Assembly (NCBI RefSeq): GCF_006345805.1 | Contig: NC_043002.1 | Coordinates: 110,608,001-110,672,000 of the forward strand | Direction: 5' to 3' | DNA: 64,000 nt | Origin: Octopus sinensis | Lineage: Eukaryota | Part shown: piece after piece, positions 63,601 through 64,000 of the stretch | Position numbering within the stretch: position 1 is the stretch's first letter | How the letters are laid out: each line of letters begins with the position of its first letter | Translations under genes and position numbers: made by a program | The notes under the pieces: model-generated | What the model was told of the DNA's origin: nothing | The model's input: the letters and a program-made list of their open reading frames with translations, nothing else | Databases searched by the model: none

Positions 63601-64000
63601 GTGTGTGAGACTCTCTCTCTCTCTCTCTCCTTGTCTTGACATCATGTGATTATTGTGGGTGAGTGTCCCAGTCATACCTGCTTATCTTTAATTTGCAATT
63701 TTCCATGAAAACATATCTACCTTTGGAGAAATATTACCTTTCTTGAAAACAGGTGAGGGTTGGCAACAAGAAAGGCATCCAGAAAAATCCCATACAACCC
63801 TTGCAAGCATGGAAAAGTGGCCATTAAAGCAGTTAAGTAATATATTAGATATTTTATATTGATTCCTTATTATTGGTGCAAGGTTTGAAATTTACAAATA
63901 AAAGGAAAGGGATTGTGTGATGTTCATGCTTTTCTCATAAGTGTTAGAAACATAATTAAATGAGACCCGGCAGGACAAGTGAGGCCATAACCCATGGCCC

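Overview
AT-rich, repeat-saturated eukaryotic DNA with dense (TA)n/(CA)n/(GAT)n microsatellites. The tRNA-derived SINE families and repeat mix look like a coleoid cephalopod (Octopus-like) genome; this is an inference from recalled family sequences, not a database hit. No complete protein-coding gene can be named. Most entries in the ORF track are microsatellite or SINE read-throughs. Contents: four tRNA-SINE families (here A-D), RTE LINE fragments and their (GAT)n-tailed 3' ends, R4/Dong-like LINE relics, Tc1/mariner and hAT relics, non-autonomous Helitrons, MITE-like foldbacks and Penelope-like (GIY-YIG) material. There are also weak candidate exons, the best being a minus-strand chain at 56-63 kb that includes a 12-nt microexon. 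The most interesting items are a Penelope-linked ~400-bp palindrome with a hammerhead-ribozyme core at its centre, a second degenerate minimal hammerhead, a near-perfect 237-bp palindrome nested in a SINE, and a Helitron family carrying an 88-nt insert homologous to the Penelope palindrome arm.
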